Source: Alicycliphilus sp. UBA6560 | Lineage (GTDB): Bacteria > Pseudomonadota > Gammaproteobacteria > Burkholderiales > Burkholderiaceae_C | Length of the DNA stretch: 64,000 nt | Reading direction: 5' to 3' | Assembly (NCBI GenBank): GCA_002434305.1 | Contig: DJJU01000001.1 | Coordinates: 53,051 to 117,050 of the forward strand | Shown here: positions 1-12,589 of the stretch, in pieces | How the letters are laid out: the number at the start of each line of letters is the position of its first letter | Position numbering within the stretch: position 1 is the first letter of the stretch | Made by a program: the position numbers and the translations under genes | Notes under the pieces: model-generated | What the model was told of the DNA's origin: nothing | What the model saw: the letters and a program-made list of their open reading frames with translations, nothing else | Database searches by the model: none

Positions 1-144
1 CTGCAGGTGCAGAGTGAAGCTCACCTCGCCGGCCAGGCGCTGGCGCACCAGCTCCAGCGTCTTGTGGGCGATGGCGCACCACGGGCAAGTGATGTCGGAG
101 ACGAAGTCCAGGTGCAGGGGTTTGCGGCTCAGGGTCATGCTCAT
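1..144 (-). CDS. DsbA-family thiol-disulfide oxidoreductase (FrnE/HCCA-isomerase-like), 5' part only; gene runs off the window start
   Basis: Reverse-strand translation from ATG at 144 gives MSMTLSRKPLHLDFVSDITCPWCAIAHKTLELVRQRLAGEV..., with a CPWC redox motif. Starts 10 nt downstream of the ligase stop on the same strand. Confidence 0.6.
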   Translation of the reverse strand, partial: MSMTLSRKPLHLDFVSDITCPWCAIAHKTLELVRQRLAGEVSFTLHLQ

Positions 145-154
145 CACAGCGATC

Positions 155-1696
155 CTAGACCTGGAGAGCGGCAGCGGGATCGCTTGCCCACTGCCGCAGC
201 CCGGTCTTGAGCACCTTGCCGTAGCTGTTCTTGGGCAGCGCCGGCACGAAGCGGTAGGCCTTGGGCCGCTTGAAGCGGGCGATGTGCGCCAGGCACAGCG
301 CGTCCAGCTCGTCGCCGGTCACGGGTGCGGCGCCCGGCGCGGCGACGACGAAGGCCAGCACCACCTCGCCCCACTCGGCGTCGGGCTGGCCGATGACGGC
401 CACCTCCTGCACGCCGGGGTGCAGCAGCAGCACCTCCTCCACCTCGCGCGGGTAGATGTTGGAGCCGCCGGAGATGATCACGTCCTTGGCGCGGTCGCGC
501 AGGGTGAGAAAGCCGTCCTCGTCCAGGCTGCCGACGTCGCCCGTGTGCAGCCAGCCGCCGCGCAGCGTGTCGCTGCTGGCCTGCTCGTTGGCCCAGTAGC
601 CGGCCATGACGGTCTCGCCGCGCACGGCCACCTCGCCCAGCTCGCCGGCGGGCACGGGCGCGCCATCGGCATCGACCACCCGCACTTCGACGCAGGAATG
701 CGCCACACCGACCGAGGCGATGCGCTCGGCCCAGCGCGGGTGCTGCGCATCGGCGATGTGCTGGCGCGACAGCGCGGTGATGGTCATGGGGCACTCGCCC
801 TGGCCGTAGATCTGCACGAACTTCTGGCCCATGGCGGCCAGCGCCCGGCGCAGGTCTTCCACGTACATGGGGCCGCCGCCGTAGACGATGGTCTTGAAGC
901 CGTCGGTGCTGGCACCCGTGGCCTCCACGTGCGCCACCAGGCGCTGCACCATGGTGGGCGCGGCAAACAGCGACAGCCGGCCGACGTCGGCGGCCAGCTG
1001 CACCAGCTCGGCCGGATCGAACCCGCCGGACTCAGGCAGCACGTGGCGTGCGCCGCGCAGCATATGGGCATAGTTGTACAGGCCGGCGCCGTGCGACAGC
1101 GGCGCGGCGTAGACCATGGCGTCGGCCGCGTCCACCTCGTCCACGTCGGTGAAATAGGCCATGGTCATGGCCAGCAGGTTGCGGTGCGTCTGCATGACGC
1201 CCTTGGGCCGGCCGGTGGTGCCGGAGGTGTAGAACAGCGAGGCCACGTCCTGCGGGGCGCGCTCCTGCAGCGCCAGCGGCGCCCCGGCGGCGGCGCGCTC
1301 CCATTCGGCGCTGCCCATCTGCAGCACGGCGGCAGGATCGGCTCCCGCCGCCAGCACCGCGCCGTGCAGCACCTGCGAGGCACAGACCACGCGCGCGCCG
1401 CTGTGCTGCAGCACGTAGGCCAGCTCGCGCTCGTGCAGCTTGTAGTTGACGGGCACGCTGATGGCGCCGGCCCAGTGGATGGCGTGCAGCGCCTCCAGGT
1501 ACTGCGGGCAGTTGGCCGAAAACAGCACCACCCGGTCGCCCGGCGCCACGCAGCAGTGCTGGCGCAGGTGCCCTGCCAGCGCCGCCACGCGGGCGCCCAG
1601 GGTGCGGTAGTCGTGCAGCACGCGCGCACCCGCCAGCACGGCAGGGCGCGCGCCGTGCACCTGGGCGCTGCGAGCAAGCAATCGGGAGATATTCAT
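155..1696 (-). CDS. AMP-dependent acyl-CoA synthetase/ligase
   Basis: AMP-binding signature FYTSGTTGRPKGVMQTH, plus TGDVGSLDEDGFLTLRDRAKDVIISGGSNIYPREVE. ORF 155..1825 trimmed to ATG 1696 (MNISRLLARSAQVHGARPAV), the usual N-terminus for this family. Confidence 0.85.
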   Translation of the reverse strand: MNISRLLARSAQVHGARPAVLAGARVLHDYRTLGARVAALAGHLRQHCCVAPGDRVVLFSANCPQYLEALHAIHWAGAISVPVNYKLHERELAYVLQHSGARVVCASQVLHGAVLAAGADPAAVLQMGSAEWERAAAGAPLALQERAPQDVASLFYTSGTTGRPKGVMQTHRNLLAMTMAYFTDVDEVDAADAMVYAAPLSHGAGLYNYAHMLRGARHVLPESGGFDPAELVQLAADVGRLSLFAAPTMVQRLVAHVEATGASTDGFKTIVYGGGPMYVEDLRRALAAMGQKFVQIYGQGECPMTITALSRQHIADAQHPRWAERIASVGVAHSCVEVRVVDADGAPVPAGELGEVAVRGETVMAGYWANEQASSDTLRGGWLHTGDVGSLDEDGFLTLRDRAKDVIISGGSNIYPREVEEVLLLHPGVQEVAVIGQPDAEWGEVVLAFVVAAPGAAPVTGDELDALCLAHIARFKRPKAYRFVPALPKNSYGKVLKTGLRQWASDPAAALQV

Positions 1697-1787
1697 GGCG
1701 TGATGAAGAGGAAAGAAAAACGGTCGCCCCACTATAGGCAGCCTGCCCGGGATTTGCAGTCGCACACCCTGTACCGCTATGCAAAAC

Positions 1788-1815
1788 ATAGCTGCTTGCG
1801 CTTTTCCAGTAACGC
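1788..1815. repeat. Copy of the intergenic ATAGCTGC-YRGCGCTT repeat family
   Basis: atagctgcttgcgcttttccagtaacgc closely matches the copy at 30578-30634 (agctgccagcgcttttccagcaaggg). Confidence 0.6.
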
Positions 1816-1942
1816 CTGGAGGCACTTTTCATGCATAGAGCCTGGCACCCATCGGCGGCGTCCTACGCCCAGGACATTCCTGGCTTGCCCACAATGCGGG
1901 CTTGCCTTTCTGCTGTCAGTCCATCTTTTGAGGAACTCCGCC

Positions 1943-2314
1943 TTGCGCATCCTGTACGTCGAAGACAACCCCGAACTGCGCGACACCATTGCCATGCTCA
2001 TGGAAGCGCCAGGGCGCAGCATCGTCAGCTGCGCCAGCGCCGAGGAGGCGCTGGCCCACGACGGCGATCAGGGGCCCTTCGACCTGGTGATGACGGACGT
2101 CAGCCTGCCCGGCATGAGCGGGCCCGAGCTGTGCCGCGCCCTGCTGGCGCGCCACGGGCAGCAGCGCATCGTGCTGTGCTCGGGCTACCACCTGGAGGAA
2201 GAGCTGGCCGGCTGCGGCGCCCAGGTGCAGCTGCTGCACAAACCCTTCGATATCGGGGCGCTGGAGGAGCTGCTGGACGACGCCCAGGCCCAGCTGCAAA
2301 GCTCCGCCAGCTGA
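1943..2314 (+). CDS. Single-domain CheY-like response regulator
   Basis: LRILYVEDNPELRDTI...FDLVMTDVSLPGMSGPEL...LLHKPF are receiver-domain motifs. Only the last 124 codons of ORF 14..2314 are credible. TTG 1943 is preceded by GAGGAA 7 nt upstream. Stop is 2 nt from the convergent REC-kinase stop. Confidence 0.7.
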   Translation: MRILYVEDNPELRDTIAMLMEAPGRSIVSCASAEEALAHDGDQGPFDLVMTDVSLPGMSGPELCRALLARHGQQRIVLCSGYHLEEELAGCGAQVQLLHKPFDIGALEELLDDAQAQLQSSAS

Positions 2315-2316
2315 TT

Positions 2317-3483
2317 TCAGCCCCGCTGCGCACTCGTGCGCGGCAGCCAGACCGTGAAGCAGGTGCGCCCATCCCGCGAGGTGGCCTCGATGCTGCCGCA
2401 GTGCGCCTGCACGATCTGGTGCACGATGAACAGCCCCAGGCCCAGGCCGTTGTGCCCTCCGCCCGTGCCGCTGGTGCGCCCGCGAAAGGGCTCGAACAGG
2501 CGCGGCAGCAGCTCTTGCGGTATCTCGCCGCCGTTGGTGACGCAGACCGTCACGCCATCGGGGGCGCTGCCGTCCAGCCGCAGCTGCACCGGCACCTGCG
2601 GCGTGCCATGGTGCATGGCGTTGCCCAGCAGGTTGGCCAGCATCTGGCCCAGGCGTTCGCCGTCCCAAGAGCCATGGAGGTCGCCCTGACACTGCAGCTG
2701 CAGTTCGCGCTGTGGGTGGCTGGCCCGCACTTCCTGCAGCACGCGCTCGGCCTGCTCGGCCAGATCGGTGGGCGCGGCCAGCATGACCAGCCCCCCGTTC
2801 TGGCGCGCGCGCGTCACGTCCAGCAGGTCCTCGATCATCGCCAGCATGCGCCGGCCTGCCTGCTCGGCCTTGATCGCCAACGCCTGCACCTTCTGCGGCT
2901 CCAGCGGCCGCTGCAGCACGGCCGTGCTGGCCAGGATGGCCGACAACGGCGTGCGCAGGTCGTGCCCCAGCACCGCCATGAACATCTCGTTGATGTACAG
3001 CGCCTCGGTGCGCTGCTGCAACTCGCAGGCCAGGGCGTGCTTTTGCCGGTGCAGGTCGAAGAACACGCGCGCCTTGTTGATCAGCATGTGCGGATCGATG
3101 GGCTTGTACAGAAAGTCCACCGCGCCGCTTTCATAGCCCACGAACTGGCGCCGCTGGTCGTGCGCGCCGGCGGTCATGAAGATCAGCGGAATGTGGCGCG
3201 TGCGCTCGGCCCCGCGGATCAGCTCGGCCAGCTCGAAGCCGTTCATCTCGGGCATCTGCACGTCCAGCAGTGCCAGGGCCACATCGTTTTCGCGCAGCAG
3301 CAGCTCCAGCGCTTCGGCGCCGGAGGCCGCCTTGAGGATGTCCACGTCCTCGCCCTGCAACAACGCCTCCAGGGCCACCAGGTTTTCCGGCACGTCGTCC
3401 ACCAGCAGGCAGCGCACCCGCGCACCCTGCTGGGGGCAGGAAATGCTGGCGCAGGTGGCTTTGGCAGCATTGGCGAAGATCAC
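2317..3483 (-). CDS. Response-regulator/histidine-kinase fusion (REC-HisKA-HATPase)
   Basis: Receiver motifs CLLVDDVPENL...LLDVQMPEMNGFEL...LYKPI, H-box LGHDLRTPLSAI, ATPase GLGLGLFIVHQIV. GTG 3483 forms a GTGA overlap with the cheB stop and is preceded by AGGGAGAG. The longer ORF to 3915 overlaps cheB. Confidence 0.85.
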   Translation of the reverse strand: MIFANAAKATCASISCPQQGARVRCLLVDDVPENLVALEALLQGEDVDILKAASGAEALELLLRENDVALALLDVQMPEMNGFELAELIRGAERTRHIPLIFMTAGAHDQRRQFVGYESGAVDFLYKPIDPHMLINKARVFFDLHRQKHALACELQQRTEALYINEMFMAVLGHDLRTPLSAILASTAVLQRPLEPQKVQALAIKAEQAGRRMLAMIEDLLDVTRARQNGGLVMLAAPTDLAEQAERVLQEVRASHPQRELQLQCQGDLHGSWDGERLGQMLANLLGNAMHHGTPQVPVQLRLDGSAPDGVTVCVTNGGEIPQELLPRLFEPFRGRTSGTGGGHNGLGLGLFIVHQIVQAHCGSIEATSRDGRTCFTVWLPRTSAQRG

Positions 3484-4070
3484 GAAACTCTCCCTTGGTG
3501 CAATTGGTTCAGCAGGGGCGCCATGTCCGCGGGCGCCAGCACGTAGTCCGGCTGGAGCAGTGCCAAAGCCGCCTCTGGCATGGCCGCGGCGCTGGCGCTG
3601 GCGGGCGACTGCACGCAGGTGGTGCCGCCCATGCGCTGCACCACGGCCAGGCCGCGTGCACCGTCGGCATTGGCGCCCGACAGCAGCAGTGCCGTGAGCG
3701 CCGGGCCGTACACGTCGGCGGCGGACTCGAACAGCACGTCGATGGAAGGCCGCGAAAAGTGCAGCGGCGGATCGATGGACAGGGCCAGCGACGGCCCCGC
3801 ATCCACCAGCAGATGGTAGTCGGGTGGCGCAAAGAAAATCTGCCCTGCCTTCAGGGGCTCCTTGTCCTGCGCCTCGCGAACGGCCAGCGCGCACCGGTGG
3901 CGGAAGATGTCGCACAGCAGGCTGGGCTGTTCGCGCGGCAGGTGCAGCGCCACCACCACCACGGCGTCGAGCTGGCCGGCCAGCGCCGGCAGCACCTGGC
4001 TCAGCACCTCAAGGCTGCCGGCCGAGCCGCCGATGACCACTGCTCGCGGCACGGACGCAGCGCCGGTCAT
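3480..4070 (-). CDS. cheB: CheB-type protein-glutamate methylesterase, catalytic domain only (no receiver domain)
   Basis: PRAVVIGGSAGSLEVL...FFAPPDYHLLV...SRPSIDVLFESAA...LLSGANADGARG match the CheB methylesterase fold. ATG 4070 overlaps the cheR stop (ATGA). Confidence 0.85.
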   Translation of the reverse strand: MTGAASVPRAVVIGGSAGSLEVLSQVLPALAGQLDAVVVVALHLPREQPSLLCDIFRHRCALAVREAQDKEPLKAGQIFFAPPDYHLLVDAGPSLALSIDPPLHFSRPSIDVLFESAADVYGPALTALLLSGANADGARGLAVVQRMGGTTCVQSPASASAAAMPEAALALLQPDYVLAPADMAPLLNQLHQGRVS

Positions 4071-4900
4071 GCGTCGCCTCGCTTTTGGTAGATGCGCTGG
4101 CCGGGCACGAACTCGTCGAACTGCGCCGCGTGGGAGGAAAAGCGCAGTGATTCCTTGGAGCCCAGGCCCAGAAAGCCCCGGCGGCACAGCGCCTCGTGGA
4201 ACAGCGCCAGGGCGCGGTCCTGCAACTGCCGGTCAAAGTAGATCAGCACGTTGCGGCAGGAAATCAGCTGCACCTCGGCAAACACGCTGTCCGTGGCCAG
4301 GCTGTGGTCGGAAAACACGATGTGCCGGCGCAAGCTCTTGTCGAACACCACGCGGCCGTAGGCGGCGCTGTAGTGCTCCGACAGCGAGGTGTGGCCTCCC
4401 GAGCGCGCATGGTTTTCGGTGAAGCCGGGCACGCGGTCGATGTCGTACACACCGGCCTCGGCCTTTTGCAGGGCGCTGGCGTTGATGTCGGTGGCGTAGA
4501 TCAGGGAGCGCTCCAGCAGCCCTTCCTCGCGCAGCAGGATGGCCATGGAATAGACCTCCTCGCCCGCGCTGCAGCCGGCCACCCAGATCTTGAGCGAGGG
4601 GTAGGTGCGCAGTATCGGCACCACCTTCTCGCGCAGCGCGCGGAAATACTCCGGGTCGCGGAACATCTCGCTGACCTGCACCGTGAGGTATTGCAGCAGC
4701 GCCGGGAACACGGTCGGCTCATGCAGCACCAGGTGCTGCAGCTGCGACAGGGTGCGGCAGTTGAAGTGCACCAGCGCGGTCTGCAGCCGGCGCTTGAGCG
4801 AGGCCTGGGCATAGCCCCGGAAGTCATAGTGGTAGCGGCGATAGATGGCCTCGATCAGCAGATGCTGCTCGATCTCGGCGGTCTTGCGGGTGTGCGGCAC
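4067..4900 (-). CDS. cheR: CheR-type protein-glutamate O-methyltransferase
   Basis: YDFRGYAQASLKRR...MFRDPEYF...LKIWVAGCSAGEEVYSMAILL...ATDINASAL...ISCRNVLIYF are classic CheR SAM-binding motifs. GTG start, 15 nt after the hybrid kinase stop. Confidence 0.9.
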   Translation of the reverse strand: MPHTRKTAEIEQHLLIEAIYRRYHYDFRGYAQASLKRRLQTALVHFNCRTLSQLQHLVLHEPTVFPALLQYLTVQVSEMFRDPEYFRALREKVVPILRTYPSLKIWVAGCSAGEEVYSMAILLREEGLLERSLIYATDINASALQKAEAGVYDIDRVPGFTENHARSGGHTSLSEHYSAAYGRVVFDKSLRRHIVFSDHSLATDSVFAEVQLISCRNVLIYFDRQLQDRALALFHEALCRRGFLGLGSKESLRFSSHAAQFDEFVPGQRIYQKRGDA

Positions 4901-4915
4901 GGTATCAGGGCGGCG

Positions 4916-8368
<3,453 letters not shown>

Positions 8369-8566
8369 TTGTGACTTCTGGTAAATGGCGCCGCGCGATG
8401 ATAGGGAGCGCCGTGGCCTTGCCCTGTAGGGCAACGCCGCATGGCGGCGCAGAGATGCGCTGCTTGCCGTCGGGCCAGATCTGTTGTAGTAGCGGGCTAA
8501 CACCCGCTTGCGCGCAGCCGGTCCAACAATGCCTGAGCCTAACCCGAAAGCAACAGGAGACATGAC

Positions 8567-9148
8567 ATGGCAGGCAAGAAGATATTGATGATCTGTGGCG
8601 ACTACTGCGAGGACTACGAGACCATGGTGCCCTTCCAGGCACTGCAGGCCGTGGGGCACGCGGTGCATGCCGTATGTCCCGACAAGAGCGCCGGCGACCA
8701 CATCAAGACAGCCATTCACGATTTCGAGGGCGCTCAGACCTACAGCGAGAAGCCGGGCCACAACTTCGTGCTGAACGCCAGCTTTGCCGAGGTCCGGCCG
8801 GAGGACTATGACGCTCTGGTCGTGCCCGGCGGCCGGGGACCCGAGTACCTGCGCGGCTACCCGGCGGTGCTCTCGGCGGTGCGCCACTTCTTCGAGGCCA
8901 ACAAGCCGGTGGCCGCCGTGTGCCATGGCGCGCAGTTGCTGGCCGGCGCCGGTGTGCTTAAGGGCAGGACATGTTCCGCCTACCCCGCCTGCCGCGCGGA
9001 GGTGGAGCTGGCCGGCGGCACCTATGCCGACATCGCTGTGGACAAGGCCTATACCGAGGGCAATCTGGTATCCGCACCGGCTTGGCCGGCGCACCCGGAC
9101 TGGATCGCCCAGTTCCTGGTTCTGCTGGGAACGCGCGTCACGCACTGA
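8567..9148 (+). CDS. DJ-1/PfpI family protein (intracellular protease/amidase-like)
   Basis: [14 protein letters not shown]...[15 protein letters not shown]...[10 protein letters not shown] has the nucleophile-elbow Cys-His. AGGAGA lies 8 nt upstream of the ATG. Confidence 0.85.
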   Translation: MAGKKILMICGDYCEDYETMVPFQALQAVGHAVHAVCPDKSAGDHIKTAIHDFEGAQTYSEKPGHNFVLNASFAEVRPEDYDALVVPGGRGPEYLRGYPAVLSAVRHFFEANKPVAAVCHGAQLLAGAGVLKGRTCSAYPACRAEVELAGGTYADIAVDKAYTEGNLVSAPAWPAHPDWIAQFLVLLGTRVTH

Positions 9149-9219
9149 GCCGCGCCAGCGGCACAATGCAGCGCAGCCGCCACGGCTGGCGCGCAGCGAC
9201 GATGACGAGGAGATGAGCG

Positions 9220-9591
9220 ATGTGCCAGGTATTCACCAGCGCCGATCCCGCCCTGTACGAAAGCCGTGCGCGCTCCGTACGGCTGCACGGTGTGGCGACA
9301 AGCATCAGGCTGGAAAACCTATTCTGGCAGGTGCTGGAGGAAATCTCCGCGCGCGATGGCATGACAGTGCCGCAGTTGTGCGCCCGGCTGCACGACGAAC
9401 TGACGCAGCAGTGTGGGCAGGTGGAGAATTTTGCTTCCTTCCTGCGCGTGTGCTGTGGCCGCTATCTGGCGCTGCAGCTATCGGGCGGCATTCCGCGCGA
9501 TACGCGCGTTTCGATCCGAAGCCTCGATGCGGCGCAGGTGCTAGCCAGCCAGTTGGATGCGCCGCCACAGCGCCGCTTGCGCGCTGTGTGA
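9220..9591 (+). CDS. Ribbon-helix-helix (RHH_4-type) domain protein
   Basis: RSVRLHGVATSIRLENLFWQVLEEISARDGMTVPQLCARL...NFASFLRVCC matches the pattern of the RHH_4 family. Confidence 0.7.
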   Translation: MCQVFTSADPALYESRARSVRLHGVATSIRLENLFWQVLEEISARDGMTVPQLCARLHDELTQQCGQVENFASFLRVCCGRYLALQLSGGIPRDTRVSIRSLDAAQVLASQLDAPPQRRLRAV

Positions 9592-9604
9592 AGTCGGTCG
9601 CTCA

Positions 9605-9757
9605 TCAATGATGGGCCGGCGGATCCTGCACGGGAGGCTCGACGGGCTGCGCCGGCGGGTCTTCGATTGGCACCTCCGAAGGCCAGTGCACAGGCGCAGG
9701 TGGCGGAGCCTGCGGCACGCTGGGCTGGGGCGTGGGAATGGACGAGCAATATGCCAT
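9605..9757 (-). CDS. Possible 50-aa proline-rich small protein
   Basis: MAYCSSIPTPQPSVPQAPPPAPVHWPSEVPIEDPPAQPVEPPVQDPPAHH. The ATG sits 2 nt from the upstream ORF stop (TGACATG). GC-rich third positions. No homology recognised. Confidence 0.25.
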   Translation of the reverse strand: MAYCSSIPTPQPSVPQAPPPAPVHWPSEVPIEDPPAQPVEPPVQDPPAHH

Positions 9758-9758
9758 G

Positions 9759-10031
9759 TCAGGGAATAGGCTTGTGCGCCGGCGCATCGGAGCCGGTATC
9801 GCGCCCGGGAACCTGCTCCGCTTCTGGTGAGCGATTGGCATAGGTAGACAGGTCGCCGCCGGAGGCGAAGCGCCGTGCGTTGTCGCCATTGCCGGGATTC
9901 TCGCTTTCCGGCCCCTTGTGCTCGCGCGCGTCCACGCGCATCCCGTACATGGTGAAGTGCCCCTGGTCGCGGGCACGGTCCCGCTGCTCGGAGTCCAGCA
10001 GCTTATCCAGGCGTGAAGAGGGATTGGTCAT
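9759..10031 (-). CDS. Small hydrophilic, probably disordered protein, function unknown
   Basis: MTNPSSRLDKLLDSEQRDRARDQGHF...GPESENPGNGDNARRFASGGDL. GAGAGG-like SD upstream of ATG 10031. GC3-rich codons. Confidence 0.45.
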   Translation of the reverse strand: MTNPSSRLDKLLDSEQRDRARDQGHFTMYGMRVDAREHKGPESENPGNGDNARRFASGGDLSTYANRSPEAEQVPGRDTGSDAPAHKPIP

Positions 10032-10168
10032 GCATCTGCCTCTCTGAAAGAAGAGTATGGCTGCTGTCATTGCGGCCTATCGTGGTGTCATGGTGCATGT
10101 CTGCGGGCGCCACCGGCCTTCCTGCATGCTGCTTCCATTTGTCGGACAAGGGCCTTAGCTTGTCGTGC

Positions 10169-10795
10169 TCAGCCCCGCCCTTCCCGCAGGGCCAGGCTTT
10201 CTGCCTCGCCTCGGGTCCACACGTCGAGCACAAAATCCGCATCCCGCACATGCGTGACGCGCGGCAAGGACAGGCCGGCGTGCAAGCGCTCGTGCACCTG
10301 GCTTCCCGTCTGGGCGCAGCCTTCAATGGCATGCGTCCAATGGCAGGCCACGACCGTGGCCTGCGGCGCCAGCCCCTGAAGCAGGCGTGTCATGAGCTGA
10401 TCCAGATCCTCGTACGTCAGGTAGTACAGCAACTCGCTCAGCACCACCAGATCGAAAACCTCCTGCGGCCACTGGTCGGGCACGCAGGCCTGCCTGAACC
10501 AGGCTTGGCAATTGTTGCTCTCCAGCCGCAGGCGGGCGGTCTCCAGCGCCCGGGCCGAGCAGTCCCAGGCCTGCAGCCGATCGCAGCGCAGGGCCAGTTG
10601 TGCGCTCAGCAGCCCATGGCCGCAGCCCGGCTCGAAGGCATGGGCGTAGCGGCGTCCGGGCAGGCTGGCCAACAGCAGCGCGCGTTTGCGTTCCTCATAC
10701 CAGCTGCCATCCATGGCCCAGGGGTCGGTCGACGCGGCATACAGGCCGTCGAAGCGCTGGGCCGTCCATGTGTGCGGCGGATCAAGAGGAGCCAT
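10169..10795 (-). CDS. SAM-dependent methyltransferase, NodS-like
   Basis: DPWAMDGSWYEERKRALLLASLPGRRYAHAFEPGCGHGLLSAQLALRCDRLQAWDCS...DLVVLSELLYYL shows motif I (E/DxGxGxG) and the NodS-type N-terminus. The start overlaps the PIG-L gene end by 14 nt. Confidence 0.8.
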   Translation of the reverse strand: MAPLDPPHTWTAQRFDGLYAASTDPWAMDGSWYEERKRALLLASLPGRRYAHAFEPGCGHGLLSAQLALRCDRLQAWDCSARALETARLRLESNNCQAWFRQACVPDQWPQEVFDLVVLSELLYYLTYEDLDQLMTRLLQGLAPQATVVACHWTHAIEGCAQTGSQVHERLHAGLSLPRVTHVRDADFVLDVWTRGEAESLALREGRG

Positions 10796-11543
10796 GACAG
10801 AAGAAGTATTCGCGCGGCCAATGCGCGCGCTCGACGATGGCCGCATCCAGCACGGCGCCCAGCCGCGCCGAGCGTGGCTGCAGCTGCGAGCGGTGTGCCT
10901 GCAGCGCCGCGATCTTGCGCTGCAGCGCGGCGGGGGGAGCGTCCAGGGCGTACAGGTCCTGCCACGGAATCTGCGGTGCGCCTGGTCGGGCCCAGTGCCA
11001 CATCCACACCGGCGCCTGTAGCAAAGGAATGCGCAGGCGGCGCGCCACATCCAACGCCACGCGGCCACAGCATTCATGGTCAGGGTGGCCGTCCAGGCGC
11101 CAGGTCGTCACCAGTGCATCCGACGGCTCTACCAGCTCCAGCAGGGCTGCGTGCAGCCGCCCGCCAGCTTCGGCCACGCCGCCGTCGGGCAGGTGCAGAT
11201 GGGTGACAGGCACATGCCCCAGGCCCAAGGCCGCCAGTCCTTCATCGCGCTCGCTGCAGCGGATGGCCTGCACTTGCGGCATGGGCCAGCATGCCTCGGC
11301 GTGGCTGGCCTCCCCGTCGGTGGCGGCCACGATGTGCACTGCGCCGCCGGACTCGGCGTGCTGCTGCATCAGCAGCGCGCAGGCCAGCACCTCATCGTCT
11401 GGGTGCGGGGTCAGCACCACCAGGCGCCGTTCGGGTGCCACGAGCGGCCGCACGCTTGTGGGCACACAGTGCATCAGCCAGCCATGCCACTGCGCGGCCG
11501 GCACCTGGGCCGCCGTAATACGGCGCGATGCGGCGTTGTTCAC
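10782..11543 (-). CDS. PIG-L/LmbE family de-N-acetylase
   Basis: LVVLTPHPDDEVLACALL...HIVAATDGE...GHPDHE are the family metal-binding motifs. GTG 11543 gives a GTGA overlap with the ACAD-like stop. ATG 11474 is an alternative start. Confidence 0.8.
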   Translation of the reverse strand: MNNAASRRITAAQVPAAQWHGWLMHCVPTSVRPLVAPERRLVVLTPHPDDEVLACALLMQQHAESGGAVHIVAATDGEASHAEACWPMPQVQAIRCSERDEGLAALGLGHVPVTHLHLPDGGVAEAGGRLHAALLELVEPSDALVTTWRLDGHPDHECCGRVALDVARRLRIPLLQAPVWMWHWARPGAPQIPWQDLYALDAPPAALQRKIAALQAHRSQLQPRSARLGAVLDAAIVERAHWPREYFFCHGSS

Positions 11544-12589
11544 AGTGTCCAAGCGGGTACTCCTGGGCTGTGCCGCTGCGCCAACTGCCCGCCGATGGCG
11601 GCGTCGTCGCGAGCGGCATGGCTCTGTCGGATGAACACGGACAAATCGGCGGCGCGGCGGGCAAAGGCTGCGTCGCGGCATAGCGACGTCGCGCCCAATG
11701 CACGCGTGGTTTCGTCCAGCACCTGCCGCGCTGCGGCCTCCACGCATTGGCGCGCGCGCAATGCCATCCACTGGGCATCGGCCTGTGGATGGGCGTCGAT
11801 CCACGCCGCCGTCTCGCGCAGCAGCGCGGCGGCGGCAGCGAGCTGCACATCCACCCGCCCCAACGCAGCCAGGCGATGGACGTCGGGCGGCCGCCCGCTG
11901 GCAGGATCGCAGGCGCGGTGCAGCGCCTGCGCCAGCGCCGCGGCACCACCCAGCCAGCAAGCGGCCACGCCCGCGCCGCCCTGCCAGAAGCCTGGCCGGG
12001 CCAGATAGGCACCTGCAGCGCCCACCTGCTGCGCCGGCACCTCGTCGAAATGCACATCCGCGCTGGCGCTGGCGGCCATGCCGACCGCCTGCCAGGCAGC
12101 GGTGGAGATCGACACTCCGGGCTGGCGCAAGGCCACTGCCACCAGCTGGGGTTGCTCTGCATCCGGGGCCCAGGCCGTCAGCACGGCGTGGCTCACGTCC
12201 TGCGCGCCCGAGCACCAGGCCTTGGTGCCGCTGATGCGGGCACTGTCACCATCGACATGCAGCCGCACCCTGGCACCGGGCGCCTCGGCGGCCCAGACAG
12301 CCCAGGTGCTCGGGGTATCGGCCTCTGCATGGCCCGCCGCGCCCAGCTCGTGCAGGATGGCCAGTGCATCGGTGTGGCCCTCATACAGTTTCGCCAGCGA
12401 GAGGTCACATGCCCCCACGGCGGCAAGGGCGCGCCAGCGTTCCAAGGTGCAGCCGCGGCCGGGCAATGGCAGGGCGTCCAGTCTGGCCTCCACCAGCTGT
12501 CGCAGCTCCTGCGACGGGTATGCGAGTGGCACGGCCAGCTGGCCCAGCTGGCACGTCAGCCGCTCGATCAACGATGCGTGCGAGTTCAT
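11540..12589 (-). CDS. Acyl-CoA dehydrogenase-family protein (short, 349 aa)
   Basis: LERWRALAAVGACDLSLAKLYEGHTDALAIL...ISGTKAWCSGA...GFWQGGAGVAACWLGG resemble the middle and C-terminal domains of ACAD-type flavoproteins. ATGA overlap with the GT2 stop. Confidence 0.7.
   Translation of the reverse strand: MNSHASLIERLTCQLGQLAVPLAYPSQELRQLVEARLDALPLPGRGCTLERWRALAAVGACDLSLAKLYEGHTDALAILHELGAAGHAEADTPSTWAVWAAEAPGARVRLHVDGDSARISGTKAWCSGAQDVSHAVLTAWAPDAEQPQLVAVALRQPGVSISTAAWQAVGMAASASADVHFDEVPAQQVGAAGAYLARPGFWQGGAGVAACWLGGAAALAQALHRACDPASGRPPDVHRLAALGRVDVQLAAAAALLRETAAWIDAHPQADAQWMALRARQCVEAAARQVLDETTRALGATSLCRDAAFARRAADLSVFIRQSHAARDDAAIGGQLAQRHSPGVPAWTL

Noticed and set aside
8369-9166. N-terminal 266-codon extension of the hybrid kinase ORF (the track starts it at 9166)
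   Set aside because: The extension runs antisense through the well-supported DJ-1/PfpI gene and has no recognisable domain. The CHASE3 N-terminus and first TM begin just after ATG 8368.
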